Below are positions 53,042-62,177 of a DNA stretch of 64,000 nucleotides, in pieces; positions within the stretch are counted from its first letter, which is position 1; every line of letters starts with the position of its first letter. The notes under the pieces were generated by a model that did not search any database, was not told where the DNA came from, and worked only from the letters and a program-made list of their open reading frames with translations. The DNA comes from an uncultured Holophagales bacterium (lineage in GTDB: Bacteria > Acidobacteriota > Thermoanaerobaculia > Multivoradales > UBA5704), in NCBI GenBank assembly GCA_963842525.1, contig CAWJGT010000003.1:1632001-1696000 (forward strand), written 5' to 3'. Position numbers and translations under genes: made by a program.

Positions 53042-54049
53042 ATGAGCGACATCCATCCCGATCCGGAGACCCTGGCGCGCTACGTGCGCGGCGAGCTTGG
53101 CCGTGACCCGCGCCGGGAGCTGGAGCGGCACCTGATGGGATGTTCCGCCTGCCAGAAGGCGGCCGACGAGATCCAGGCCGAGCCCGGCCAGGCCGGCGTC
53201 GTCCGTTGGCTGGGGCACCGGTTCGAGGAACGCCGGGCGCGTTGGGAGGACCGGAAGGAGCGGAAAGAGAACCTGGGCGGGGTGATGCGCGGGCTCGGCA
53301 ACCTCGTCGGAGCCTTCGCCGAAAAGCGGGTCCTGGAGCTGCTCCGCGCCTCCGAGCACGAGCGGCGGGCACTGATCCGGGACGAGGCGGAGGTCCGGAC
53401 GCTCCCCGTCTGCGAGCTGCTGGAGGCACGCTGCCGCGAGGCCTGGCTCGATGATCCGGAGGAGGCGGTGGAGCTCGCCAAGCTCGCCTTGCGCATCGCC
53501 GAGCGGCTGGACCCCGGCACCTACGGGGCCGAGCGGGTCGAGCACGCCAAGGCCCTGGCCTGGGTGCACCTCGGCAACTCCTATCGCATCGCTTCGGCGG
53601 GCCGGCGCCCGTCCCGTCCGGCCCTGGGGATCGCCGAGGACCGGAGGGGCCGGTCCGGAGAGGACGACGCCTACCCGGAGATCGTGCCGCGGCGCTTCTC
53701 GGTGAGGGAACGGCCGGCCGCCAGCACGGAGGCCGAGACCGCTCTCTGGGAGCTGCGCGATGCCTTCCTCGAGCGCGGGCTGGGCTTCGACGCGGCCCTG
53801 GTGACCCTCGAGCTCGCCATGGCCCTCCTGCGGCAGGGGAGGGAGGGGGAGGTCCGGGACCTGGCCGTGGAGACGGTGGCTCTCTTCGAGGAGCGCGAGG
53901 CCCAGCCCTACGCGACCGATGCGATGCGGTTCCTGCGCGATGCCGCGCTGCGGGAGGGGACGCCCTTGAGGCCGGACCTCCTGGTCCGGATGGTGGAGCT
54001 CCTCCAGCACCAGCGGAACGACCCGCGGCACCGGAAAGACGAGAGATAG
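53042..54049 (+). CDS. zf-HC2 (anti-sigma-like zinc finger) + TPR-like helical protein
   Basis: HP...ERHLMGCSAC; HLGNSYR TPR-like helix. Confidence 0.7.
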   Translation: MSDIHPDPETLARYVRGELGRDPRRELERHLMGCSACQKAADEIQAEPGQAGVVRWLGHRFEERRARWEDRKERKENLGGVMRGLGNLVGAFAEKRVLELLRASEHERRALIRDEAEVRTLPVCELLEARCREAWLDDPEEAVELAKLALRIAERLDPGTYGAERVEHAKALAWVHLGNSYRIASAGRRPSRPALGIAEDRRGRSGEDDAYPEIVPRRFSVRERPAASTEAETALWELRDAFLERGLGFDAALVTLELAMALLRQGREGEVRDLAVETVALFEEREAQPYATDAMRFLRDAALREGTPLRPDLLVRMVELLQHQRNDPRHRKDER

Positions 54050-54210
54050 CGAGGCCCCCTCCCCCGACCCCTCCCCCGCGCGACCACCGCACCCCACCCC
54101 GAGCGGGAGAGGGCGCCTTCACCCACCCTCGAAACACCCTCTGTGATAGAGTCTTTCAAATAGTTGTTCATGCGAGTTGTTCATGCGGTCGTTGGCGGGA
54201 AGGTCCCAAG

Positions 54211-56493
54211 ATGCGCAAATCGTCCGGGGTACTGCTGCTGCTCTGCCTTGCCGGCGCCTTCGCTGCCGGCGCGCAGGGGCAGGAGGGGCGCTGGCCCTCT
54301 CTCGAACAGCAGCTCGCCGCCGGCCGCGTGGTCGTCGACAGCCCTCTCCAGCGCCTGATCGAGGACAACCAGGACGTCTCGCTCCTCCGGCCGCAGGAGG
54401 CGGACGACCTCATCCCGGTGCCGCTCTGGCTGCGGGTGCTCTGGCGCAGGTCGCACCCTGAGGGCGCTTTCGCGGCGGATGATCCCACCGGGGGCTATCC
54501 CCTGGCCCTCAAAGAGGTCCACGAGTGGATGCTCTCTCACCAGGACCTGCTGCCGGGCTTCTCCGAGCCGGCCCGGGCGCCGCGGGGCAAGGCCTCGGCG
54601 CGGGCCGACCTGCGGATCTCGGGCTCCTCGCCGAGCCCGCGCAGCGAGTCCGACATCCGGGTCAACTACCAGGACCCGAACAAGATCGTCGCGGCGTCCA
54701 ACAACATCGAAGAGAGCGGGCAGCAGGCGCAGTACTGGTCGACCGACGGCGGACGCACCTGGGGGCAGACGTTCCTGCCTTTCGCCCCTGACGACTCCTT
54801 CCACACCGATCCCACCGTGGACTGGACCTCCGACGGCACCGCGTGGGCGACCACGATCGGCGTCGCCATTTTCGGCAGCGAGCTGCGCCTGCGTCTTTAC
54901 AAGTCGACCGACTCCGGGGCCACCTGGTCCTTCGACAGCACCATCTCGGGCGCGCAGACCGCGACCGACAAGCAGATGGCCTGGATCGACCACAGCCCCG
55001 CCTCGCCGTACCGGGACACGATCTACGCGACCTGGCACAACGACGAGCCGGTCTATGTGAGCTCCAAACGGCCCGGAGCCGGCTGGGGCGCGCCGATCCG
55101 GGTGAGCGGCGCCGAGACCACCGGGACCGGGATCGGAGGCGACGTCAAGACCAACGGCGCGGGCCACGTCTTCGTCCTCTGGCCGGACACCGGCAGCCGC
55201 AGGATCTACCTGGTGAAGTCGACCGACGGCGGCGTTTCCTTTTCAAAGCCGGCCGCGGTCGCCGGCACCTTTGACGGCTACGACATCGGGGTGCCGGCGC
55301 AGAACAACCGGCGGGCGCTGGTCTACGTCTCGGCTGGCGCCTGGCGGACGGCGGCCAAGGACCTGGTCTATGCCGCGTGGACCGACCTCGCCGGCTCCGC
55401 GGGCTGCACCGTCGCGACCCACGAGCCGGTCGGCAACGCCGGATCGGCCTGCAAGACGCGGATCTGGTTCGCACGCTCCACCGACGGCGGCGCCACCTGG
55501 AGCACCCGGAAGATGATCAACAACCAGGCCGGGAAGAACGACCAGCTCAACCAGGCCCTGGTGGTGGACGAGGCGACCGGGGCCGTGGCCGTCGCCTACT
55601 ACGACACGGTGGGAGACCCGGCGCGGAAGAAGACGAACATCTGGTACCAGTCCTCCCATGACGACGGTCTGACCTGGAGCGCCCCGTTCAAGGTGACCAC
55701 GGCGCCGAGCGACGAGACGGGCGCCGGCGCCGACCATGGGAACCAGTACGGCGACTACATGGGCCTGAGCGGCTACGCCGGGCTCTTCTTCCCGGCGTGG
55801 ACCGACCGCCGTACCAGCGGGCCGGAGGAGATCTGGACCGCGGCCCTCGTGGATGCGCCCGCCGCCTGTACGGCGAAGACCCTCTTCCACGACGGCTTCG
55901 AGAGCGCGAGCGGCCTCGCCGGCTGGGTCCGCAGGTCCTTCGTCCCGAAGGGTGGGATCGGCGACTGGCGCGGGGTCCGGGCCTGCCTGGCGAAAGAGGG
56001 AGGGAGGGTCTTCCGCTTCGGCGGCAACGGCTGCCAGAGCAACTACGGCAACAACCGCTTCGCCTATGCGCAGCCCGGCGGAGCGTCCGGCATCGCGATC
56101 CCGGCGGGAGCGAGCAAGGTGCGGCTCTCCTTCTGGCACCGGCACCGGTTCGAGAGCGGCGCCGACGGCGGCACCCTGGCGGTGTCGCTGGACGGCGCGA
56201 AGTACCAGCTCCTTCCGGACCGGGTCATCCTCTCCGGCGCCACCTTCAACGGCACGGCCCAGGGCACCTGCGCGCCCGCGGGCGCCAAGGGGGCGAGGAT
56301 CTTCACCGGGGTGCGGAGCTCGTTCGTGAGCACGGTGGTCGATCTCGACGCGGCCTGCGACCTGATCACCGGCAGCTCCGGGGGCTGTGCCGGCCGCTCG
56401 GTGCGCATCGCCTTCGCGGCGATCGCCGACTGCCGGTCGAGCGACGACGGGTGGTCGCTCGACGACGTGGCCGTGACAGCGTGCGTACCTTAG
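54211..56493 (+). CDS. Secreted BNR/Asp-box (sialidase-like) protein
   Basis: Signal peptide; repeated STDGG.TW, DK.W, YGDY. Confidence 0.85.
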   Translation: MRKSSGVLLLLCLAGAFAAGAQGQEGRWPSLEQQLAAGRVVVDSPLQRLIEDNQDVSLLRPQEADDLIPVPLWLRVLWRRSHPEGAFAADDPTGGYPLALKEVHEWMLSHQDLLPGFSEPARAPRGKASARADLRISGSSPSPRSESDIRVNYQDPNKIVAASNNIEESGQQAQYWSTDGGRTWGQTFLPFAPDDSFHTDPTVDWTSDGTAWATTIGVAIFGSELRLRLYKSTDSGATWSFDSTISGAQTATDKQMAWIDHSPASPYRDTIYATWHNDEPVYVSSKRPGAGWGAPIRVSGAETTGTGIGGDVKTNGAGHVFVLWPDTGSRRIYLVKSTDGGVSFSKPAAVAGTFDGYDIGVPAQNNRRALVYVSAGAWRTAAKDLVYAAWTDLAGSAGCTVATHEPVGNAGSACKTRIWFARSTDGGATWSTRKMINNQAGKNDQLNQALVVDEATGAVAVAYYDTVGDPARKKTNIWYQSSHDDGLTWSAPFKVTTAPSDETGAGADHGNQYGDYMGLSGYAGLFFPAWTDRRTSGPEEIWTAALVDAPAACTAKTLFHDGFESASGLAGWVRRSFVPKGGIGDWRGVRACLAKEGGRVFRFGGNGCQSNYGNNRFAYAQPGGASGIAIPAGASKVRLSFWHRHRFESGADGGTLAVSLDGAKYQLLPDRVILSGATFNGTAQGTCAPAGAKGARIFTGVRSSFVSTVVDLDAACDLITGSSGGCAGRSVRIAFAAIADCRSSDDGWSLDDVAVTACVP

Positions 56494-57491
56494 ATCCTCA
56501 GTCAGATCCTCATTCGGGGCCTCGCGGACGCTATGCCCCCTCGCCCACCGGGCTGATCCACGTGGGCAATGCGCGGACGGCCCTCGCGGCGTGGCTCTCG
56601 GTGCGCGCGCAGGGCGGCACCTTCGTCTGGCGGCTGGAGGACCTCGATCCACCCCGGGTGGTGCCCGGTATGGCCGCCCTCCAGATGGAGGACCTCGCCT
56701 GGCTGGGCCTGGACTGGGACGAGGGGCCCGACCTGGGCGGCCCTTTCGCCCCCTATATCCAGTCGGATCGGCTGGCCTCCTACGAGGAGGCGCTCGCGCA
56801 GCTCGCCGCGGCCGGCCGGCTCTTCCCCTGCCGGCGGTCGCGCAAGGACCTGCAGTCCCTCGCCTCGGCCCCGCACGGCCCGGAGGGAGGAACGCCGTAT
56901 CCAGCCTCCTTCCGCCCGCAGCGCCTGGAGCCGGACTGGTTCGAGAGGCTCGGCCGCGCAGCGCAGCCGGACGCCGCGGACGCCGCGATCCGCTTCCTCG
57001 TCCACGACCGGGCGGTCGTCTGGCTCGACCTCGTTCAGGGTGAGAGGTCCGAACAGGTCGACCAGACCGTGGGCGACTTCGTCCTCAAGCGCCGCGACGG
57101 CCTCTACGCCTACCAGCTCGCCGTGGTGGTCGACGATCTCGCCATGGGCATCACCGAGGTCGTCCGCGGGGCCGATCTGCTCGACTCGACCGCGCGGCAG
57201 ATCCAGCTTGTCGAAGCCCTCGGAGGGGAGCCCCCTGCCTATGCCCATGTACCGCTCGTGGTCAATGCCCGAGGGGAGAAGCTCTCGAAACGAGACCACG
57301 GGCTGACCCTCCGCTCGCTGCGCGATACGGGCCTTCCGCCGGACGCGGTCTCCGGTTACCTCGCCTTTTCGCTGGGCCTGCTCGACCGGCCCGAGCCGGT
57401 GCCGCCGGGGGAGCTGATCCCATTGTTCTCGTGGCAGCGTGTCCGCAGGGAGGCCTGGGTGCTGCCGGAGGATGTGGATTTCGGGTCCTGA
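56481..57491 (+). CDS. gluQ: tRNA glutamyl-Q(34) synthetase
   Basis: RYAPSPTG..HVGN, YQLAVVVDD, VVRGADL, KLSKR; no anticodon domain; start approximate. Confidence 0.9.
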   Translation: MRTLDPQSDPHSGPRGRYAPSPTGLIHVGNARTALAAWLSVRAQGGTFVWRLEDLDPPRVVPGMAALQMEDLAWLGLDWDEGPDLGGPFAPYIQSDRLASYEEALAQLAAAGRLFPCRRSRKDLQSLASAPHGPEGGTPYPASFRPQRLEPDWFERLGRAAQPDAADAAIRFLVHDRAVVWLDLVQGERSEQVDQTVGDFVLKRRDGLYAYQLAVVVDDLAMGITEVVRGADLLDSTARQIQLVEALGGEPPAYAHVPLVVNARGEKLSKRDHGLTLRSLRDTGLPPDAVSGYLAFSLGLLDRPEPVPPGELIPLFSWQRVRREAWVLPEDVDFGS

Positions 57492-57596
57492 CCGCGGATC
57501 CGCGGCATCGTTTCGCGGGTGCAGGGACCATGGTCCCCAGGTTAGAGGCCCCCGAAAGATTCCAGCCCCGCACCTTCTGAAGCGGCCGGCCTGCTG

Positions 57597-58499
57597 CTAC
57601 TTCAGGTGTTCCTTCAGGAACGCCACCGTCCGCGGCCAGGCCTGTTGGGTCGCCTTGAGGTTGGCGCCTTCACGTCCGTCCTGTCCGCGCAGGAACCCGT
57701 GTCCGGCGCCCTCGTAGGTGTTCGGCTCGTAGCTCTTCCCGAGCCTCTTCATCTCGGCGTCGGCCGGTCCGACGGTCGCGTTGACGCGCGCGTCGTCGCT
57801 GCCATAGAGGCCGAGGACCGGGGCCTTTATCCTGGCGAGGTCCGCGGCTTCCGGCGAGGTGCCGTAGTACACGACCGCGGCGTTCAGGGCCGGCTGCGTG
57901 GCCGCGTACCCGAAGCTCCGCGCGCCGCCCCAGCAGAAGCCCATCGTGGCGGTCTTGCCGTTCGCCGCGGGGATCTTCAGAGCGTAGTCGCGGACGGCGT
58001 TCAGCCGTGCCGTCGCGTCTTCGGGAGTGAGCCCGCGGACGAGCTTGACCACGTCGTCGCGAGTCGCCGCGGACGCGGTGCCTCCGCCGTTGGGGCCGAG
58101 TCCGGAGATCAGATCGGGAGCCACGGCGATGAACCCTTCCCGCGCGAGCTGATCGGCGACGCCGCGGATCCAGTCGCTGAGGCCGTAGATCTCGTGGAGC
58201 ACGATCACGACGCCGGCCTTGTCCTTGCGCTCGGGGTAGACGACCCAGGCGCGGATCGGGGTGCCGCCGGAGGGGAGCTTGACGTCCACGTACTCCCCGT
58301 GCCGGGGGGATTTTTCGAGGGCTGCCTTCGCCTGGTCCTCCCCGGGAGGCAGGCTCTCGTCGCGTACCGCGGGCGCCGCGGCGGCCTGCGGAGGCGCCTG
58401 CGGAGGGTTACCCGCCGGAGGGGCCTCGGGCTTCGCCTGGGCGGCGAGGGTCTGTGATGAAAGGGCCAGGAGCGCCAGAGTCAGGAGAACGGTCCGCAT
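57597..58499 (-). CDS. Dienelactone hydrolase family protein
   Basis: HEIYGL, GFCWGG, GAGHGF. Confidence 0.92.
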   Translation of the reverse strand: MRTVLLTLALLALSSQTLAAQAKPEAPPAGNPPQAPPQAAAAPAVRDESLPPGEDQAKAALEKSPRHGEYVDVKLPSGGTPIRAWVVYPERKDKAGVVIVLHEIYGLSDWIRGVADQLAREGFIAVAPDLISGLGPNGGGTASAATRDDVVKLVRGLTPEDATARLNAVRDYALKIPAANGKTATMGFCWGGARSFGYAATQPALNAAVVYYGTSPEAADLARIKAPVLGLYGSDDARVNATVGPADAEMKRLGKSYEPNTYEGAGHGFLRGQDGREGANLKATQQAWPRTVAFLKEHLK

Positions 58500-58502
58500 C
58501 TT

Positions 58503-59936
58503 TCACCTCCTTGAAAGGTCAGGCTTGCTGTACAGGTCGATCACCCGCTCGATGGCGCGCTGGCAGACCCGGCAGAACGGTACCTCGTTGCGGGTGAACA
58601 TGATGCAGTCGGCCTGCGGGCGGAAATAGCCGCGCGCCGCGTAGTTGGCCCCTTCGAACGCCCCCACCTTGCCGGCATGGCGTTCGGCGCCCAGGAGCCT
58701 GGTCTCCGCCTCCCGCTGCTCCAGGAAAAGGGCGTCCATCTCCTCCTCCGGCCGGTTCCGGGCACGGATCTCCCGCCGCCGCTTCTGGATTTCGGCCGCG
58801 TGCTTCTCGTACATCTCCTTCGACCAGGGCGTGGGGACCGGCGTGCCCGGCTCGACCAGGTCCTTCCACTTCAGGCCCTCGGGGTCGGCGTGCGCCGTCA
58901 CGTTCGGCTCCCAGGGCTCCACCAGCTCGGCCGCCGGCTCGTAGGCCACGTCGGAGGTGTAGTACTCGTCGGCCAGGGCCGCGAAGTGATGGCCGAATTC
59001 GTGGACGAAGATGTAGGGCGCCCACAGGCTGTCCGCCGCCACGGTCGAATAGAGTCCGAAGATGCCGCCGCCGCCATAGGTGCGGCTGTTGGTCAGGATC
59101 TCGACGAAGTCGTAGGGCGCAAAGGCGGCGACGTCGCGCAGCGCGCGGTTGTCGAAGGTCAGGACGTAGCGCTCGGAGCCGAAGGCGTCATAGGTGGCGC
59201 CGACCGGCGAGCGGCGATGGGCCCCGGTCGACGGGCGCGAAATGCCGGATTCCGCGGCCGGCGGGCAGAGCCCCCAGACGTTGAAGTCGCGCCGTCTCTC
59301 TTTGAACGGCGAGGTGGCGAAGAGGATCTCCGCCAGCCGCCGTGCGTCCTGTTCGAATTTCCCGCGCTCCGCCGCCGTGTAGCCGTCGCCGAGGATGAGG
59401 AAGTCGACCTTCTCGGCGGGCGCTCCGTTGCGCTCGATCTCGACGAGCGGCCCCGGCGCGGGCGGCGTGGACGTGTCGACGAACATGCCGGCCGGATCGA
59501 CCAGCAGCGACCAGACCTCGCGGAAGGCGTTGCGTGCATCGCGCTTCTTGAGGACCACCTGGACGGGCGCCGCCGGGGCCGGGAAGCGGAGCGATTCGTG
59601 GAAGGTCTGCCAGACCTCCCTTGCTTCGCCCGTCGTCTCCCATTCGCCGTAGACCGAGGCGAAGCCGCGCGAGTAGAGCAGGCGGTTGGTCTTGCGGTCG
59701 AGGACCTCGAACAGGTATTTGCCGAGGTTCGTGTCGTCGACCGGCCGGGCTGGATTGCCCGGCCAGGCGCCGGGCTCGAGGATCACCCGGTCCAGGCTGA
59801 AGTGCTCCTGAGAGGCGTTCCCGGAATGAAAGTAGTCGACCCGCAGGGTGCGCGGCGCGGTCACTGGAACCGGCGGAACCGGCGCCGGGGGCGCGGCGGC
59901 GAGGAGCATGGACGCGGAGAGCAGGGCGGCGATCAT
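58503..59936 (-). CDS. Peptidase M64 (IgA peptidase family)
   Basis: GDGYT, YGGGG, HEFGHH...LADEY, CIM, FCRVC. Confidence 0.88.
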   Translation of the reverse strand: MIAALLSASMLLAAAPPAPVPPVPVTAPRTLRVDYFHSGNASQEHFSLDRVILEPGAWPGNPARPVDDTNLGKYLFEVLDRKTNRLLYSRGFASVYGEWETTGEAREVWQTFHESLRFPAPAAPVQVVLKKRDARNAFREVWSLLVDPAGMFVDTSTPPAPGPLVEIERNGAPAEKVDFLILGDGYTAAERGKFEQDARRLAEILFATSPFKERRRDFNVWGLCPPAAESGISRPSTGAHRRSPVGATYDAFGSERYVLTFDNRALRDVAAFAPYDFVEILTNSRTYGGGGIFGLYSTVAADSLWAPYIFVHEFGHHFAALADEYYTSDVAYEPAAELVEPWEPNVTAHADPEGLKWKDLVEPGTPVPTPWSKEMYEKHAAEIQKRRREIRARNRPEEEMDALFLEQREAETRLLGAERHAGKVGAFEGANYAARGYFRPQADCIMFTRNEVPFCRVCQRAIERVIDLYSKPDLSRR

Positions 59937-59957
59937 GCCGCGGATGCTAGCAGAACG

Positions 59958-59988
59958 CAAAAGGCCGCCGGGATTCGCCGGCGGCCTG
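59958..59988 (-). terminator. Rho-independent terminator
   Basis: AGGCCGCCGG stem-loop followed by a T run on the minus strand, after the matrixin gene. Confidence 0.65.
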
Positions 59989-60013
59989 TGCAATCAGGGT
60001 CTTGGCGGGGTGC

Positions 60014-60667
60014 TCAGTAGCGGCTCTCGGCGCACTGCAGGGCCGACCGGTCGTCGGCCTCGAGCGTCCGGCCCGTGGTGCCGAAGTACGAGGCGTACAT
60101 CGTCGGCCGCGGCGTGGAGGTCAGTTGGGTGTGATGGATGCCCAGCGCGTGCCCGACCTCGTGCGCGGCGACCGCCTGCGTGTCGATGTCGGCTCCGCTG
60201 GTGCTCCAGCTCCAGCTCGAGTTGAAGGAGACGTCCGTCTCGACGATCACCTGGCCCGCCTGGAGGACCAGGGCGGTGATGGCGAGGCAGTTGCCCGTGC
60301 AGCCGTTGCCGTTCGCCCACAGGAACGTGTTCCGCCCGTCGGTGACGAACCCGGCGGTCGTGGTCCCGGCATAATTCAGCACATGGTCGGCGCTGGTCAC
60401 GGCCGTCCAGACGCTCATGGCGCCCTGGAGGGCCGTCTGCTTGCCCGAGCCCTGGCCCGCCGTGTTGTGGTACCAGTTGATGTTACGGATGTTCCAGTGG
60501 GTGAACCCGCCGGAGGCGGTGCACGAGACCGCGGCGCCGGCGCTGAAGCGGCCGACGCCCGTGTTCTGGATCATGCGGTAGGCCTGAGCCGGCGTCGCCA
60601 GGGCCACCATCCCAGCCGCTGCGAGGGCGCAGGCGGCGATGCGGGAGAAAGTCTTTGAGCGGTTCAT
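60014..60667 (-). CDS. Matrixin (M10) family metalloprotease
   Basis: Signal peptide, HEVGHALGIHH, Met-turn TMY. Confidence 0.88.
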   Translation of the reverse strand: MNRSKTFSRIAACALAAAGMVALATPAQAYRMIQNTGVGRFSAGAAVSCTASGGFTHWNIRNINWYHNTAGQGSGKQTALQGAMSVWTAVTSADHVLNYAGTTTAGFVTDGRNTFLWANGNGCTGNCLAITALVLQAGQVIVETDVSFNSSWSWSTSGADIDTQAVAAHEVGHALGIHHTQLTSTPRPTMYASYFGTTGRTLEADDRSALQCAESRY

Positions 60668-61266
60668 TATTGCACCTCCGGGCGACGGCCGTCACGGCCT
60701 GCGGATTCACGGACCGACTGCATCATGGCGCCGAGCGGATATCCTTCCGGACCGCCCGCTGCATCGAAATACCCGCTCTTGTCCGGGACCAGCGGATGCC
60801 GGTTCGCCTGGCTGACCGCACGCAGGCCGCGGCCGGCCATCACGACGTCGAACGCGCCTTGCGCGTGGTCGCGCACGGTGCGGACACCCTTGGCGCCCGG
60901 AAGGTCTTCGTCATTGAGGAACAGGACGTACGAATTCCCCGGGACCAGCTCGGCGGTGCCGATGATCAGCGTGGTCGTCTCGCCGACCGTCCCGCCCATC
61001 ATCGTGATCGTGAGGTCCCTGTCCAACGGATTTCCCTTGAGGACCTCGGTCGCCTTGAAGCGGACGTCCGTGAGGATGAACGTCCTTTCCGCATTCCAGT
61101 ACGAATAGGTGTCAAGGACCTCGCCCAGGACGACTGCGCCGTTGCCGGCGACCAGCTCGTCGAGGCTCGCACGAACCAGCGACGTTGCGCTCGCCGGCGC
61201 AACGACGCTCGCGGCGAGAGCCAGAACCAGGGCGCCGCGTAGCAACCTCTTCATGACTACATCCAT
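60667..61266 (-). CDS. Secreted hypothetical protein coupled to the matrixin gene
   Basis: Signal peptide, GGT motif, stop overlaps the next start. Confidence 0.75.
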   Translation of the reverse strand: MDVVMKRLLRGALVLALAASVVAPASATSLVRASLDELVAGNGAVVLGEVLDTYSYWNAERTFILTDVRFKATEVLKGNPLDRDLTITMMGGTVGETTTLIIGTAELVPGNSYVLFLNDEDLPGAKGVRTVRDHAQGAFDVVMAGRGLRAVSQANRHPLVPDKSGYFDAAGGPEGYPLGAMMQSVRESAGRDGRRPEVQ

Positions 61267-61477
61267 AGGAACCTCCCTTGGGGAAGGCCTTTCCTTCCCC
61301 TGGAAACCCGAGAGCCGGCTCGGCCCTCGGCGAAAAGCGGCACGGCAGGTAAACCAAGCTGACGACTGCTGTTTGGTCCTTCAATAGGTCTGGTGCTCCA
61401 CGTGGTCAAAACGTGACGCCGTTTTCGCGGGCCGGCGTTTGCGCCCTGCCTCCGGGCCGAGCTATCCTCGGGGACAG

Positions 61478-62029
61478 ATGAAAACAAGAAACGTGTGCGC
61501 CTTGATTGCCTTCCTGGCCGGTGCCAGCCCCTGTCTCGCCCAGAGCGACGCCGCCCAACCCGAGGCGGCTCGGGCCGCCCGCAACGCGGTGTACTGGGAG
61601 CTGTTCGGAAATGGAGGCGTCTATTCCTTCAACTACGAGCGCATGCTCAAAGACGACCTTGGGCTTCGCATCGGGTATGCCACCTGGAGGAGCCCGCTGT
61701 TCTGGCAAGGCGGCTCGCCCCCGGATCGCTACACGACCGTGCCGGTGACGGTGAGCTATCTTCTGGGCCATGGAGAAAGGAAGCTGGAGCTGGGCGGCGG
61801 CGTCACCTTCGGCCGCGGGACGCTCGACGGGTCCTCGAGCTTGAGGAGAAGCTTTTCTTTTCAGACGGTGACAGCCATTTTCGGATACCGGTCCCACCCT
61901 CCGGGGCGCGGTTATCTCTTTCGGGCCGGCGTGACCCCCTTCTACTCTTTCGATGAAGGAGAAGAAGACGCCTACCCGGACCCCGGGTTCACGTTTTCGG
62001 TCGGAGTCAGCTTCGGCTACCGGTTCTGA
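61478..62029 (+). CDS. Small outer-membrane beta-barrel protein
   Basis: Signal peptide, amphipathic strands, terminal GYRF. Confidence 0.75.
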   Translation: MKTRNVCALIAFLAGASPCLAQSDAAQPEAARAARNAVYWELFGNGGVYSFNYERMLKDDLGLRIGYATWRSPLFWQGGSPPDRYTTVPVTVSYLLGHGERKLELGGGVTFGRGTLDGSSSLRRSFSFQTVTAIFGYRSHPPGRGYLFRAGVTPFYSFDEGEEDAYPDPGFTFSVGVSFGYRF

Positions 62030-62032
62030 AGC

Positions 62033-62120
62033 CTACCCGCAGGCCTCGCGGAATACCCGCGCGAAGTTGCCGCCGAGGACCTTGTCGACGGCTTCGCCTT
62101 TGTAGCCCCGGCGTGCCAGG
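62033..62120 (-). pseudogene. 3' remnant of a membrane dipeptidase (M19) gene
   Basis: LARRGYKGEAVDKVLGGNFARVFREACG*. Confidence 0.6.
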
Positions 62121-62177
62121 GCGCCGGCCACTTGAAGCCGGGTTCACCCGCTCGCGACCGGAATTGGCGCTGCTTTC

